Shown piece after piece: positions 37,269 through 51,000 of a stretch of DNA of 64,000 bases; position 1 is the first letter of the stretch; each line of letters opens with the position of its first letter. The translations under genes were made by a program, and so were the position numbers. Under the pieces are notes generated by a model. It made no database searches and was not told the origin of the DNA. It saw nothing but the letters and a program-made list of their open reading frames with translations. The stretch spans positions 620,001-684,000 of the forward strand of contig OZ237761.1 in the NCBI GenBank assembly GCA_965178125.1. Reading direction: 5' to 3'. The stretch is from Bilabrum cf. latius. Taxonomy: Eukaryota.

Positions 37269-37440
37269 GACGAATTTATTTCAACTGAGCATGTACCAAG
37301 CAGCAGAAATTTGGATTTGTTGCAGAGTGTCGCCAAGAAATGTGCCGCGACCACAATGCAAGACTGGGAGAACCAATCCGTTGTGATCTTGCTGACGACG
37401 GCAGGCAGCAATTGTCGGTCGGTACACACGACTGCAGGCG

Positions 37441-38757
37441 TCACTCCTGGCCCTCCAGCTCTTTTGCCTCATTGCTATCCTGGTCCATCACGCCACCACT
37501 TGCATCCCCCGCAGCCACGCCGCCCCACTCTGCCCCGTTGAACCCCCAGGCAGGCTCCGTCGCGTGAAAGCACGTCGCGGCCTCGGAGCCCGCGCCACTC
37601 CACTGCGAATTCTCTCCAGTCCCCAACTGCGTCCCCTCTCCCTTCCCCGCCTTCGCGCAGCAGCCCATACACACGCAGGCACGCTCCTTGAAGGCCTTCT
37701 TGATGCTGCTGAACGCCCCCTTGGCCTGCTCCACCATCGCCAGGCAGCGCTCCCTCGAGCTCTTGTGCGCCGGTGTGGCGTCCTAGCAGGACGCCCCCGA
37801 ATTCGAGAAGGCTTTGCACTCGTCATTCGTCGGAATCTGGTCCTGCCCCGCCTTTGAGCGAGAGGGGTCCGTCGGGGGGGGACACACAGTCTCGGTTGCA
37901 ACCAGCTCGACATCGATGATGTCTCTGCAGAGCGCGCAGCGAGCATCTGCCTGCTCCTTGTCGAGGGGCTGCAGCGATGGCACCGTCGGGACATGCACCT
38001 CATCGGCACCGCCGCCTCCACCTTTCTTCTCCTGGCTCTTGTCGCCCTCCCCTGACTCTTCCCCCCCACCTTCATCCAATCCGAGCTACTCCCCGTGTTC
38101 CTTTGCACTAAGGCCCGAGCCGAGGAGAGTGCACACGGGAATCGGAAGCACCGGTCTCGGCCACAGGCCCAGGTCGCTGAGAGCGGTCAGGGCACCGGCA
38201 GCCCCAGAGGCGCCCGACAGATCATCTAAATTGCGCGCAAGAGCTGCCTCCGCTGCTGTCATTCCGCGGGCAAATACCCCCGCTGCATCGCCGTCAAGAG
38301 GTGCATAGTCCGCATCTTCCATAATTGGTCCCACGCTGGCTTCCATCACCCAGTCTCGTGCGCGAGCGTACGTTGAGAAAGAACCCTTCGTGTCGCAACA
38401 GCCCAAGGCACCCTCCGAAGAACACGCAAATGCCTTTATTTGGCGGCACAATGCCTTGGATACCGCTGGGCTTTGTGCTTGGGCCACCAGCGTCTGGCAA
38501 CCAGCTTTCGACCAACCCGCTCCATCGTCGGAACACTTGCTCGCATCCGCAGTAACCTTGCACGACCATGCGCTATCTAAGCACCAATGGAAACAAACAG
38601 ATTCTTCGCACGTGCTTTGTGCGATCTGGCAGATACGTTTGTCTGGGACTGCAGCACAAGCATTGCATGCGCTCTTCGCCTTGCATGATGCGCCATCACA
38701 TGCCGCGAGGAGCACAATCGTAGTCAACACAATTATGTGCAACGTATGCCTACCCAT
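37441..38757 (-). CDS. Secreted Cys-rich protein (~438 aa)
   Basis: Signal-peptide-like N-terminus and many Cys. Three same-frame ORFs joined at TAG 38086 and 37783. Ends TGA. Confidence 0.65.
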
Positions 38758-39000
38758 ATCATTGTCAAGGGAGTGAGACCGGCAGAAAGCCGTAGTTACG
38801 TTTTATGCTTCATCTTCGCTCTCGGCTGCGGCAAGCAAATGTAGTTTCCAGGCATCCTACAGCTTAGTTATGACATCTGTCTGGAATGACATTGCCAGTA
38901 GAATTCTTCATGTAAGAATGATTGAGTTATTCACTCAAAATTCTCGTGTATCCTCTATTTCAGTCGTATTGACTGGTGTTTCCTTTGGTGCACTTTCTAC

Positions 39001-42000
39001 GTGCAGTCTGGTGAGGCGGAAGCCGCTTCTATTCAACCGCTTGCTACAGCCATGTCAGAGCGATTAATTTCATTGGACGCATCTCGTCGTCACGATATGG
39101 TAAGCATGCCTTGGCGACTTGCTATTTTCCGAGAACGTGCACAAGCCTCAGAAATGTGCATTGGTCATTCCGCATTGCCCTTGCCGCAGTATAAAGTTAT
39201 AATCATGACAGTATCATCAAAATTAGCATACACTGGAGCTACCAAAGTGGTCGCAGAGTCCGCGCAAGAGGCGGACACTGCTACTGGTAATGCAAGGGAG
39301 CAAGCTGCTGCGACGGTTCTGTGGGCAGTGCAGAGTGGGACGTTCGCAGGAATACGATCGCTCCAAAGCTTAGCCCTGGAATGCTGGAAGCAAGAGCTAC
39401 TATTGGGCCATACTGGCTTGCATCAGTCCCTAAAAGGCGTAAAGCCGGCCGAAGATCGTTTGCCTGCGGCTGAGGCTCTGGTGGGCTTGGTCCGGCCACA
39501 GGTGCTCGCGTGTGTCCTTGAGCCCATCGCCGGAGATGAGGAAGCAGAGACGGTGTCATCATCGGTGCGGGACCCAGCGGCCGCTATTTCGCTGCACGCT
39601 GCAGAGGAGGAGGCCGCTGCAGGCAGCAGCAGTACCGCGGCTGGGGAGAGCAAGCAGGCGGCAGGCGATCCCGGTGTGATGAGTGCGCCGGTGGCCCCGG
39701 CTCTCACTCGAATCCATCTGGAGCAGGCTCAGGCGATCGTGGATGGGGTGCTGAGGGACGTTCTTGCCGCCAGGGGTCGATCTCGAGGCGAGCTGGAGGG
39801 CATCCACAAGGCCAGTGCTGGTGCTGGTGCTGGTGCTGGTGCTGGTGCTGGTGCTGGTGCTGGTGCTGGTGCTGGTGCTGGTGCTGGTGCTGGTGCTGGT
39901 GCTGGTGCTGGTGCTGGTGCTGGTGCTGGTGCTGGTGCTAGTGCTGGGTTGCAACTTGAGAGCACGGTGCAGAGCCACCTCACCACGATGGGGAGCTCAG
40001 GAGCAGTCCCATTTGCACCGCTGCCTACGGCAGCTGCGGGAGACTGCGGGGGGCCACAGGCACCTGCAGCAGCTTCAAGTGACGGGGGGTTTCTCTCGTG
40101 GCTGGTGGGTGGCGGCGGTGCCCCTCGCCCGCCCAGCTCGTCTTCCTCCAGATCACCATCGCCAAGCACGTCCAACATAGGTGGAGCGCGCGCACAGTCC
40201 CCGATGGTTGTGAGCGCATCTGCAAAGCCACCGGTGTCATCATCCCGCGCCATGCCACCGTCGGGCGAGTGGCCTGCTGGCAGCAAGACACAGAATGGCC
40301 TCCCACAGCCACCAGGTGCCCCACCTCCCGCTGCTGCCGGCGCTCCTAGGGACTTTCCTCTGGCCATAGGCGCGCGCATGGTATCCACTGCTGTCAGAAC
40401 CCGACCGAGGCTGCCGGTCCGTCTGCAGGCACGAGCCGCGCGATCCTACCTGGCTGGGTGCGGGCTGCTGCGTGGTGAGGTGCTCCTGGGCCTGTTCTCT
40501 GACGCGATCGATGCGCGAGTGGGGGTGAGAGGCTCCTTGGTGGTGACCTCGTACCGGATGCGGTTCGTTCCCGACCCACCGATGGATTGGCGCGACGCCG
40601 CCGAGGATGCACTTGAGGACAGGGGGTCTGAGGACCCCGCCAGGGACGCAGTACTGGCATGGCTCCGGCCGTGGATCGTGCCCGGGCGGAGATGGCGAGG
40701 TGGCGCCGCGATAGCGCCTGGTGCGCTCGGTGCCGCGAGCACCGAAGGTGGTCCCACCCTCAGCGGTGGTTAGCGAGCGCCGTATGATGTGCTGGTGCCG
40801 CCCGGCTATCTACCCCGTGATACCGTGACGACGGCAGCGAGCAGCCCCACCGGCGGATCGTAGCCTGGTAGCGGAACGAGGGTAAGGCAACGGGCTACGT
40901 CTGCTGCAGCGAGGGGCACCGGGGCCGCGCCACTGAGTTCCAAAGAGAGGGCCATCAGCAGCATCGAGGAGGCCAGGAGAGCCACGCAGGATCACCCGAG
41001 GGACAAAGAGGCAGCTAGATTCCGGCGCATCCAGAACCGAGGGGGGATAGTTGGCTCTGTGACGAGGTCTTCGGGCGCCGCGTTCACTGCGGCCAAGTCT
41101 CTCGCCAAGCAAGGCGTCGGGCTGCTGGCTGACCGGCTGGGCCTGGGCCTGCCCCCACCTCCTCCAGCTGCCTTGGCGGCGTAGTCTACATCGGCTGGCC
41201 TTGACTCCAGCGCGCTCCGCGCGATGGGCGCGGAGGATGGTGCGGGCAGTGCCATTGTTCCCGGGTCGGCAGCAGGAAAGCCTCCCCCCATTCCGAGTGC
41301 TGCTCGTCGCATCCAGCCCGTGGCTGCAGCAGGCCTTGGGCAGACTGCTCCATCCGTTGCTGCTGGCACTGATGGTGACCCGGGAGACGCCCCCCCAGCT
41401 TCACTACAAGTGTCAACCGATTCAGTCTCCTCCACCCGAACAAGGTCAGCTTCGACATCGGACGCAGAAAGCAGCCGATGTGCGCTGGAGGGCGGCGGTG
41501 CCAGGCGGGTGGCTGTGGGCGTAGCTGCGCAGCACCCAGCTCTTGTAGGGCTGCCCTTCGTGGCTTTGGACACCGACTGGGCCTACAGAGCCCGGGCACA
41601 CGAGTCCGCGCCACTGACCGTTCCAGAGACGAGCGAGATGATGGGCGAGTACGACAGCGGCTCGGGGAGCCTGCGACACGCCGTGCCAGACGGTAGAGGC
41701 GACACTCAGGGGGGCCAAGGCGTTGCCCTTCGAGACGCTGCCGGCCGTCTGCAGACGCCCTGGGCCCGTCCTGTGGGGGCCGGCATGCCAGCACTCAGCC
41801 GCATCGGGAGGCATCCTGCCGGTGTGATGGAGCTGCCGATCCGATCCATCAGCGAGGTATACAGAGAGAATGACATCCGGTCCAGGCGGGACTACACGCC
41901 GCCAAGTCCGCTGGACACCGCGTCAGAAGCCGGGCATTGCGAATCGCCAGCGGTGTCACAGGTGAGCGGCAGCGTGGGCCGAGACGGCAGCTGCAGCGTG

Positions 42001-45000
42001 GCCAGCACGAGCGACTGCAGCGATGCGTCAGTCTCCCGATCCGTTTCTTCTCCCGGGCAGCTGCGAGGAGGCGGCGTGTCGCCAGCGCTGGCTGTGCACC
42101 CCCACAGGGCCAGGCTATAGGGTGCTGCGGGGACCGCACGGGCCTCCTCACCCCTGGCCCGGGGCCGAGACAGCGGTCCGGTTGCGGGCCGAGTGGGTTC
42201 AAGGGCCGGCCCGGCTCGTGTGTCATCCGCGGCTCGATCGCGCAGCATCGACTCGCGCAGCTCCGCCGGCAGCGACGGCCCAGAGCCTCGCGCCGATACG
42301 GTATCTGTTAGGCGGGCCAGGAGCAACCGCAGGCGCATGGCTGGTGGCGGTTCCCGCATCCAGCTAGGTCGGCCAGTGGTGCCGAGGCCGATGATTCCTG
42401 CAGCAGGAAACGGCCCGCCTGCCCGCATCGATGCGGCCGGTGCTGCCTCAGCGGCAAGGCACCGTCGGCTGGCCCAGGTGGGCGGGAGGCATCGGAAGCA
42501 CGACTCACCCGTGGAGTCAGAGTCCAAGGGGATCGTGGTACGTTGCCTCACGGGTCAGCACGCCTTGCTGGACCTCACGGAGGCAGAGCCGCTGGTGCTG
42601 CTGTTCCCCGCAGACTTGGAGCAGCCGGGGTCACTCCCTCCCGCAGGAGAGGATAACCGGTGCAGCACACGCGCCGCGGACGTTGCCAAGCGAAGCGTGG
42701 CCCGCCAGGCGGCGGAGCTTGTCGCGGCTGTGGCGTTCACGAGGCTGCCCGCGTTCGCGGAGCAAGCGGGACACGCGGCTGCGAGAGCGAGGAGAAAGGC
42801 CTTAGCAAGGGCGCGCGAGATTGATCCGGAGTCGGGAGCTGCCAAATCGGATGCGGTGTCTGTTCCTAGCGTGATCTAGATGAAGTGCGGTCCCGAGAGC
42901 CCGCTGTGGGTGGATCCGCTCGGATGGAGCAGCGAGGACCTGCTCGAGGCAGAGTTCCGGCGCATGCAAGGGGCGAGGTACGGCGCGCTGCCTCGGCCTA
43001 ACATTGGGAGGCAGAGGCACCCGGAGCACGACGCGTCGGGAGCAGCCGCGGCGCAGGCAGCTGCGGATCTGTGGCGCGTCTCACGGGTGAATATCGCGTA
43101 CGACGTGTCGGAATCGTACCCCAGGTGCTGCATTGTCCCCGCCGTGTCCACCGATGATCAGATCCGCTCTGCTGCGCGATACCGCGAGTCGTACCGGCAC
43201 CCAGCAGTGACGTGGTTCCGCGGCGGAGTGGCTCTCCTCCGCAGCGCCCAGCCGCTCAGGGGTCTGCTGCGGCGGGAATCTCCTGCCGATGAGATTTTCA
43301 TCGAGGGCGTGGTGCGTGCTGCCGAGGCGCACGCTGCCATCCTTGGAGGCACACCTCACGAAGCCATGGAGGAGTATTACCGGGAGAGGATCAGGGACCT
43401 CGACGCGCAGAGGACCTCTCCTGTGATCGTCGTGTTCGACCTGAGGTCCGAGATGAACGCTATGGGCAACTTCGTGATCGGAGGGGGCACAGAGAACACC
43501 GCGAGGTATCGCAGGGCCTGCGGAGACATGCTGTCCATCCCTAACATGCACGCAGTGCGGAACGAGCTGAAGGCGTTTGCGGAGAGCATCACACAGACGA
43601 GTGAGTTCCTTCGTGGACTCAGGAGGAGACAGCAGGAGACGGTGGGTGACAGGTGGCAGGATGGGACCCGCGCCTTCACTGGGGCCATGCGGGAAGGCAT
43701 GTCGAGCGTGGTGGGTGGCTTTAGCGCGGTGACGTCGATGTTTGGGCTGGGAAGGGGCAAGCACCCAGACAAGGAGATGGACGGTGGCTTGGACGGAACC
43801 TCCGGTGCAGCAGGGCGGTCGGGCTCCTCCGCCAGGGGCGTGCGCTCCGTGGCCTCGAGCGCTTTGTACGGCCGAGCCAACCGCGGGGCTGCTACGCGGT
43901 ACTCGAGCCTGTCGCGCTCTGTGGCCGGGAGGACCGTTTCAACTCCTTCCCATTTTGGCAAGCGCGCCTAGATCGAGGACCGTCGGCAGAGCACGCGAGC
44001 GAACGGCAACGGCGGCTCGCGGCCGAGTTCGGGCGCGAGGGATGGGATTCTGGAGGAGGACGAATCCGACGAGGACGAGGACGAGGACGAGGAGGGGGGC
44101 GAGGAGGAGGGCAGCAGCCACGACGGCTCGGACGCTGTACACGATTCGCGCTCGGTGGGCGATCGAAGCCCAGGTGGGAGGGGCAGACGCAGAGGATCCG
44201 GAGCCTTGGACCGTCGCAGGTCTCGCTCGGCATGCCCGCACACTTCGGGCGGGGTGGATCGGGCTGCGGATGCGGCGACAGGTGCAACAGAGGCTCCCAC
44301 GGCGGTGTCGGAAGGCGATGTGGACGGCGACGCCGTCGGGATAGCTGAGGATGCAGCCATGGAAGCCATGAGCGATTCAAGCGCGGGCGGTGCGTCTCAC
44401 GGGTAGAGAACTAGACGAGCAAGCGACGCATTGAGTGATGCGGTGAGCGAGGCCACTGAGGCGGCACTGGAGGCAACCGGGTCCATCGCTGGTGCTGCAC
44501 CTCGGCTCGGCGCTGAGGATGCCACCCCCGAGTCGGGCGCCGCAGACGGGATTGCCGACCTGCTGGATGACCTGGCAGGCAGTCCGTCCATGCTGGGCAT
44601 GTAGAGGCACGATCCAGGCGTATTAAGGAGATCGAGGCGAGACAGCCGCGGCAGTCGGAGCCGAACCAGCAGCGACAGCAACAGTGATAGCGAAGTCTCT
44701 GACGTTGTGCTCGAGGGTGGTGGCAGCGACAGCGACGCGGAAGTGGGGGGATGGGGCGCCGAAGGATCCAATGAAGGCGATGACAGGGACCTGGGTCCGC
44801 TGGAGCCGCAACCACCCGTTCCATCCGACCGACTGACATCCTCTCGACCCGTCCTACCGCTGGAGGCAGAAGCGGAGGCGGTGGCACAGGCGGGCCGCGA
44901 GTCCACGTGGCTCGGACTTTTGGCACAGCTGCTGCGCTCCGCGGTGCGAGTGCGGGAAAACATCACCAACGGACGGAGCGTGCTCCTGCACTGCTCCTCG

Positions 45001-45723
45001 GGCTGGGACCGCACGCCCCAGGTGTGCGCGCTCGCCAAGATCCTGCTGGACCCCTACTACCGCAGCGTGCTCGGGTTCCGCACGCTCCTGGCGCAGGAGT
45101 GGCAGCAATTCGGGCACAAGCTGTCGGAGCGGTGCGGGCAGGGAACAGATAAGCCGCGGAAGGGCGTCTCGACGGACAGGGAAGTCTCGCCCATCCTGCT
45201 TCAGTTCCTTGATGCAGTGTACCAGCTGCAGTGCCTGTACCCCGACCGCTTCGAGTTCAACGATCTGCTGCTCGCAGCAGTGGCCGTGCACGCGTACTCT
45301 GGCAGGTTTGGTGACACGCTAGATCGCACGGAGGCCCTTCGAAGGAACAAGAGAGCGCACGATCGGGGAGCGGAGGCGTGCAGGTCAGGGGGCAGGGGAG
45401 CGTCATCTTCGTCCAGTGGCAGCAGGACCGACCGCGTGCCGAGCATGTGGCAGGCGGTGCTGGAGGATCCGGAACCGTTTTTAAACCCGAGATACGAGTT
45501 CAGGGTGCTGGCGGGCGCGGGCGATGCCCCTACTGGCGGGGGCAGTGCAGGCGCGCCGGCGGCGGTGAGTGCCCGAGTGGGCGTGCGGTACTTGGAGCAG
45601 TCAGCGATGCTAGCCGCGGAATTCGCTAGGCAGTCCACTCTGCAGGCCGCCGAGCTATCGCTTGACCGCAGCAAGGCCGTATCGCTGCGCGTCTGGCCGC
45701 TGTGGCTGGCGCTGTGGACTTGA
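39001..45723 (+). CDS. Myotubularin-family phosphoinositide phosphatase (start uncertain)
   Basis: WRVSRVN..Y.VSESYP, LLRSAQP, DLR...NA, GGGTE, NMHAVR, HCSSGWDRTPQV and LLDPYYRS..GF. Same-frame ORFs joined by TAG; ends TGA. Confidence 0.85.
39817..39936 (+). repeat. (GCTGGT)20 coding microsatellite, poly(Ala-Gly)
   Basis: Perfect hexamer array inside the myotubularin ORF. Confidence 0.95.
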
Positions 45724-46016
45724 GCATGCATAGGCAATGCAGTGTGCTGCAATTGCTTTTGCCATGGACATTTGATTTTAGATATCACAGCAAGTACGTT
45801 TGAGCGTAAACACCGCTCTCAGTCGAAGAGATGTTACCTTTATGATTGAGGCCCTCGATGATGGGCGCAACCCAAATGGGCCGGGCATTGTTGTGAGCTT
45901 GGCGAAGTTGAGACTACCTATTCGTCTCTCGATCCGGATTCCGGATCGAAGCAGTGTGCAGCAACACCCAGTCGGGCACTATCTAACACAGGATGTCTAA
46001 AAGCGTGCTGGGCTTA

Positions 46017-47834
46017 TCAAGGCACGTAATCGTCATCGTCTTCCTCTTCGGCGTCCTCCGCGGCAGCTCGTCGCTTTGCCTTACCTTTCTATCTGCTCCC
46101 CGCATGCGCTTGCCCTCGCTTGCGGGGACTGCTGCTGGGCGAACGCCGCTAGCCCGTCCCGCTAGTGCCCGTCCCGGCCCCATGCATGCCCAGCAGCATC
46201 AGCGAAGGGCTTCCGCTTCTCCTGCCTTTGCCTCCCCGCGGAGACTTCCTGACTGGGCTGCGCGCAACTGCACCTGCACCTGCACCAGCTGCACCAGCCC
46301 GCCCTCTCCTTGCAGGGCTATTGCCACTGACCTCCCCACCAGCAGCTGCCCCCACCCCACTGCCCCTACCAGCCCCCCGCGTGTCCTCCCCACCGACTCC
46401 GAGCGCTCCAGCCCTCACCCCTGCCTCCCTCGCTGCCCTGCTCAGGAGCCCCTGCTCCCACCCGGCGCTGCCCATGGGCACCCTGCCACCGGACCCTTTC
46501 GCGCTCCTTGTTGTCTCCGCGAAGACCCGCTGGGGTCGCGCGTCTGGTGACCCGCTGGGCACCGCCTGCGGCGTAACCCGCCTGCGTTTGACCCCACGCC
46601 CCCCCGACCCCTGTGTTCCCTGACCCCTCCGCAGCTCGAGGGGGCCCGATGCCCTGCCTAGCGAGGGGGACCCCTGCAGCACCGGCATGGTCAGCCGTGT
46701 CGCCACCGCCGGCATGGCAGACACCGACTGCATGCCCAGCCCGCCTAACCCCGCTCCCTGGGTCATCCCGCGCAGGCCAGTCAATGCATCCTGGCCTTGC
46801 CACCCCTGGGGTGCACCACCGTTCGCTGCACCCGCGGCAGCCTCCACCAGCTGCGCCTGCACCGCCACTAGCTGCCTAACTTGCTCGTGCAGCTTGCCGA
46901 TCTGCTCCCTGAGCTTGGCTCGGGCCCCCGCGGCGCTCTCCAGCCCCGCCTCCAGTCGCACGTGCAGACCCCGAGAGGCCAAGCCGACCGGGGAGGACGC
47001 AGCACCCTGGCCTGGTGCGTCACCACCACCACCACTACTACTACTGCTGCTGCTGCTGCTGCCTCTTTTTGCCCCGTGGACGAGGTCTAGCACCGCCTCA
47101 GTGCTCCCGGCCCCATACGCCTGCACCTCACCGCCGTCGAAGCAGGCCATGCCCACAAACGGAGCGAAGGTCGAGTCGCCCTGCCGAGGCACACGACCCA
47201 CTAGGCGGTCGCAGCCGCTGCAGTGCAATGCATGCCCAGTGCAGCCGTCGTACCGACCGGTGCATATTCGCACGGCCGTGTCTGCCCTGACGTTGGCGAC
47301 TTCTGCGAAAGTGTGACGATTACAGGGTGGGGCAGGGAGAGCGGTTCCTGGGGGCAGTAATCAAGCCAAGCACAGACGCAGCGACGACTTTTCCTTTTTA
47401 ACCGCAGCTGCATGCCCATTAGAACCACACTCACTGGAAAAGCAAATCATGTTTCGCTCCGGGATGGTGCCTTCCAGTGCGAGGTCGTCGCCCAGCACGC
47501 GGCCGCAGCCGCCGCACTGCAGGATGGTGCTGCACGACGGCACGTCGCCCTCTGAGTCACCATTCCCAGTAGCGGCTGCGAGATCCGCTTCCTGGGTAAA
47601 GTCATCGGACTGGGCGGCAACCCCGCTGCCAATATGCCCCACGTCGTCCTCATCTGCCCCACTGGCCAGGCCAATGCGTGCAAATGGATCGCTCCCCTCC
47701 ACACCATCCGTAGCCACAGGTCGCGCGATTGTATGCGAGCTAGATGCACTTAATAAGCGTGAACTACTGGAAGATGGGGCATTCCCATCCTTATTCTTTG
47801 CCAGACTCCTGCTCATAAATCCATTGGATTGCAT
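46017..47834 (-). CDS. Mis18/Yippee-domain protein; predicted intron 47303-47434
   Basis: LQCGGCGRVLGD ... LHCSGCDRLVG joined by a GTGAGT..GCAG intron, followed by a coiled coil. Reads through TAG to TGA 46017. Confidence 0.7.
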
Positions 47835-48072
47835 CGTCGCAACGCCGGTACAAACAACTTGCTGACTACTTCAAACAAAATCCACCGAGGCCTTTCGCAA
47901 AAGTCTATATGTAAAGCACAACCACTGTGAATACTCGCACTAGTAAACTGCAAAGTCGTTAAATAGCTGCGTTTTCAGTACTGTTGCATCTGGCCCTTGT
48001 AACGTATAGTTATCAGAACTGGATAATGCAGACTTTTTGGCCGATCTGCAACAGCAACAAATCCCGTCTGCC

Positions 48073-51000
48073 ATGCCGTCCAAAGCGCAGAGGGAGGCAA
48101 TTCAGCGCATGAAAGATGCCAAAAGTGGTAAAGTCAACTAGCTGGATATGCTCGATGTGAGTTAACCGCGATTCGATTCGTGGAAGAGATCTGGTGCTGT
48201 TGAATTTGAATTCTGAAACATATTGACCTGATGCCATTTACGCAGGATGATGACGAAGCACAGGAGGAAGTATATGAAATGATGACAGAGAAGGAATATG
48301 ATGCTCACCGGAGGAGAAACCAGACGTCTGGATTCGTCGTAGATGATGGTGAGTTTGAATTCATATTGGGCTGTCGGCGCATGTTGAGTGTGGCTTGAGC
48401 TGCACTCACGGCAACGCAAACAAACCAGGTAGCATAAAACGGAATATTCATGCCATACATATGTTGCGCAGATGGATTGGGATACGCGGATGACGGTCAG
48501 GACTTGGAAGATGATGAGGACGAGGATGAGGAGGACGAAAGGGCAGGCCGCGGCGGAGCCGAGGACGAGGCTCGAAGGCGCCGGCGCATGCTCCAACGGA
48601 TGAGCGGTGCTGGATCCCTCCAATCGTTTTTTGGTGCCGCGACTGGCTCCCACGGCCCATCGAGCGGCTCGAGCCGGTTCGCCGCTGCCACCGCAGTGGT
48701 TCAGAGCGCCGCAGGAGTCGTCAAAGCTGCCTCCTCGGGCGCCGGGTCGTCGTCGTCCGGCCGTGTGGGTGGGACCAAGGACCTCTCGGACATGCTGGGT
48801 GAGCTGGACGATGACGCCGGGATGGGACTGGGCGGGGCAGCGGCGATGGAGGACGAGGACGAGGACGAGGAGGAGCTAGGGCTGGCAGACGAGGCCGGGT
48901 CACGGGGCGATGCTCAGACAGGCGCGGCAGGGCAAAAGGGAGAGGCAGAGGCCGGGGACGAGCAGCCAGACCGCAAGAAGGCGCGCGTGGAAGGGGCAGC
49001 CGCGGGGGGCCGCAGCAGAGCCTCCTTGCGAGCCTCTCTCAAGACGGGCCTCCTGGCCAAGAAGAAGGGAGCCGCCCCAAGCGCGCTCCGCAAGCAGCGC
49101 GAGGCCGAGATCGCGGCGTCTGCATCTGACAAGAGGAGCGTTGCGGCGGTGACGGCTGCCTCTGCCAAGAGAGGCTGGCTGGGTGGTGGCGCCGGTGCTG
49201 CGTCGGGCGGCGCGGCGGCTGGTGGTGCTGCCGCGGATGCCAAGGCAGCCGAGGGTCTGCCACTGGTGCGGGGGTCCTTCCCCCGGCCCATCGGGGCCAA
49301 GAAGAGCAGCGAGCCGTTCTACCAGGACGAGATGGCCATGCCTTTCTTCCTCGTCGACGCCTACGAGGAGAAGGCGGACCCTGGGTCCGTGTACCTCTTC
49401 GGGAAATGCCCCAACCCCGCCAACCCATCGGCCGGACAGGGGCCCGCAGTCAACGGTCCGGTGCGGCCGTGCCCCCCTCTGGTGTCCTGCTGCGTGATCG
49501 TGCGCGGCATGCGGCGGACCATGTTCGTGCAGCCCCGGGGCACTCACGCGGACACCGGCGATGCGGTTGGCTTCATGGACGTCTACCAGGAAGTGTCCCG
49601 CCGGCTGAAGCAGTCCCTCTCCAGAGATGCCGAGTTCAAAGTCAAGAAGGTGCAGCGCTCGTACGCCTTCGAGCTCCCCGACATCCCCAGGGGCAAGTCG
49701 GACTTCTTGAAGCTGGTATACCCGGCCACGGAGCGGGCGCTGGAGCCCACCATGCAGGGCAAGACCTTCCGCAGGGTCTTCGGGACAAACACAACCTCGC
49801 TGGAGCACTTCCTTATCAAGCGCAAGATCAAGGGCCCCTGCTGGCTGGCCATCCGCAAGCCCAAGGCAGTGACCGCTCGCAAGTCTTGGTGCGTGTGCGA
49901 GGCAGTCGTCGACACGCCCAAGGCCATCGACGTGCTGGAGGGCGACTGCCCCGCCCTGCTCCCGGCGCACGCTCTCATGCGGACATGGGCACCGCCCGCA
50001 AGCGCTGGAAACGATGCGCCGGCCTCGGCCTCGGCCCCTTCGCCTGCTGCCGCCGCGGTGCATGCGCCAACCCTGCCCACACCCGCGCTGGTGGTGCTTG
50101 CTCTCTCGATCAAGACCGTGGTGAACCCCCGCACGCACACGCACGAGCTGGTGGCAGTCAGCGGCATCCTGCACCGCAGCGTGCCCATCACGGGGCCCAT
50201 GGAGGAGGACACCAAGGTGCTCGAGCCGTTCTGCGTGGTGTGCCCCCCAGCCACGGGCGGCAAGCTGCCCGCTGACCTGGTGGAAGCCCTGAAGAAGACC
50301 CCGCCGCACGTGCAGCAGGCTGTGCGGCGCACCCCCAACGAGCGCGCGCTCCTCAACTTCACCCTCAGCAGGCTCGCGGCCATGGACCCCGATGTGCTCA
50401 TGGGGCACGGGCTGCAGGGCTTCGCGCTCGACGTGCTGCTGCACCGCATGCAGGCGCACAAGCTGCGCACATGGTCCAGGATCGGGCGCATCAACCGCAG
50501 CCGCATGCCGCAGACGTCCAAGGGCGCAGACGGGCGCGAAACCTTCACGGGTACACTCGCGGCGGGCCGGCTGGTGTGCGACACCTCGGTGATCGGGCGC
50601 GAGCTGATGCAGAAGGAGACCTCGTACGCCCTGACCCCGCTGGTGCGGTCTCAGCTGGGCGAGGAGAGGCAAGACATCGAGCCGTTGCAGGTGCCTTTCT
50701 TTTTCAGCTCCGGGGAGTCTCTGGTGGGGTTGCTGCAGCACTCCTTGCAGGACTCTTGGCTGGCCTTCAGGCTGGCCAACCGAATGCAGGCGCTGCCCCT
50801 CACTCGCCAGATCTCCAACCTGGCTGGCAACCTGTGGTCCCAGACTCTGCTGAGCAAGCGCTCCCAGCGCGTGGAGTTTTTGCTGCTGCACGAGTTCCAC
50901 CGACTCAAGTTTGTGGTGCCGGACCGCTGGGGTCCCAACTCCTCGGCCATCGGCAAGGGTGGCAAGGGCAAGGGCGGAAAGGGCGGCGGCAAGTCCACCT

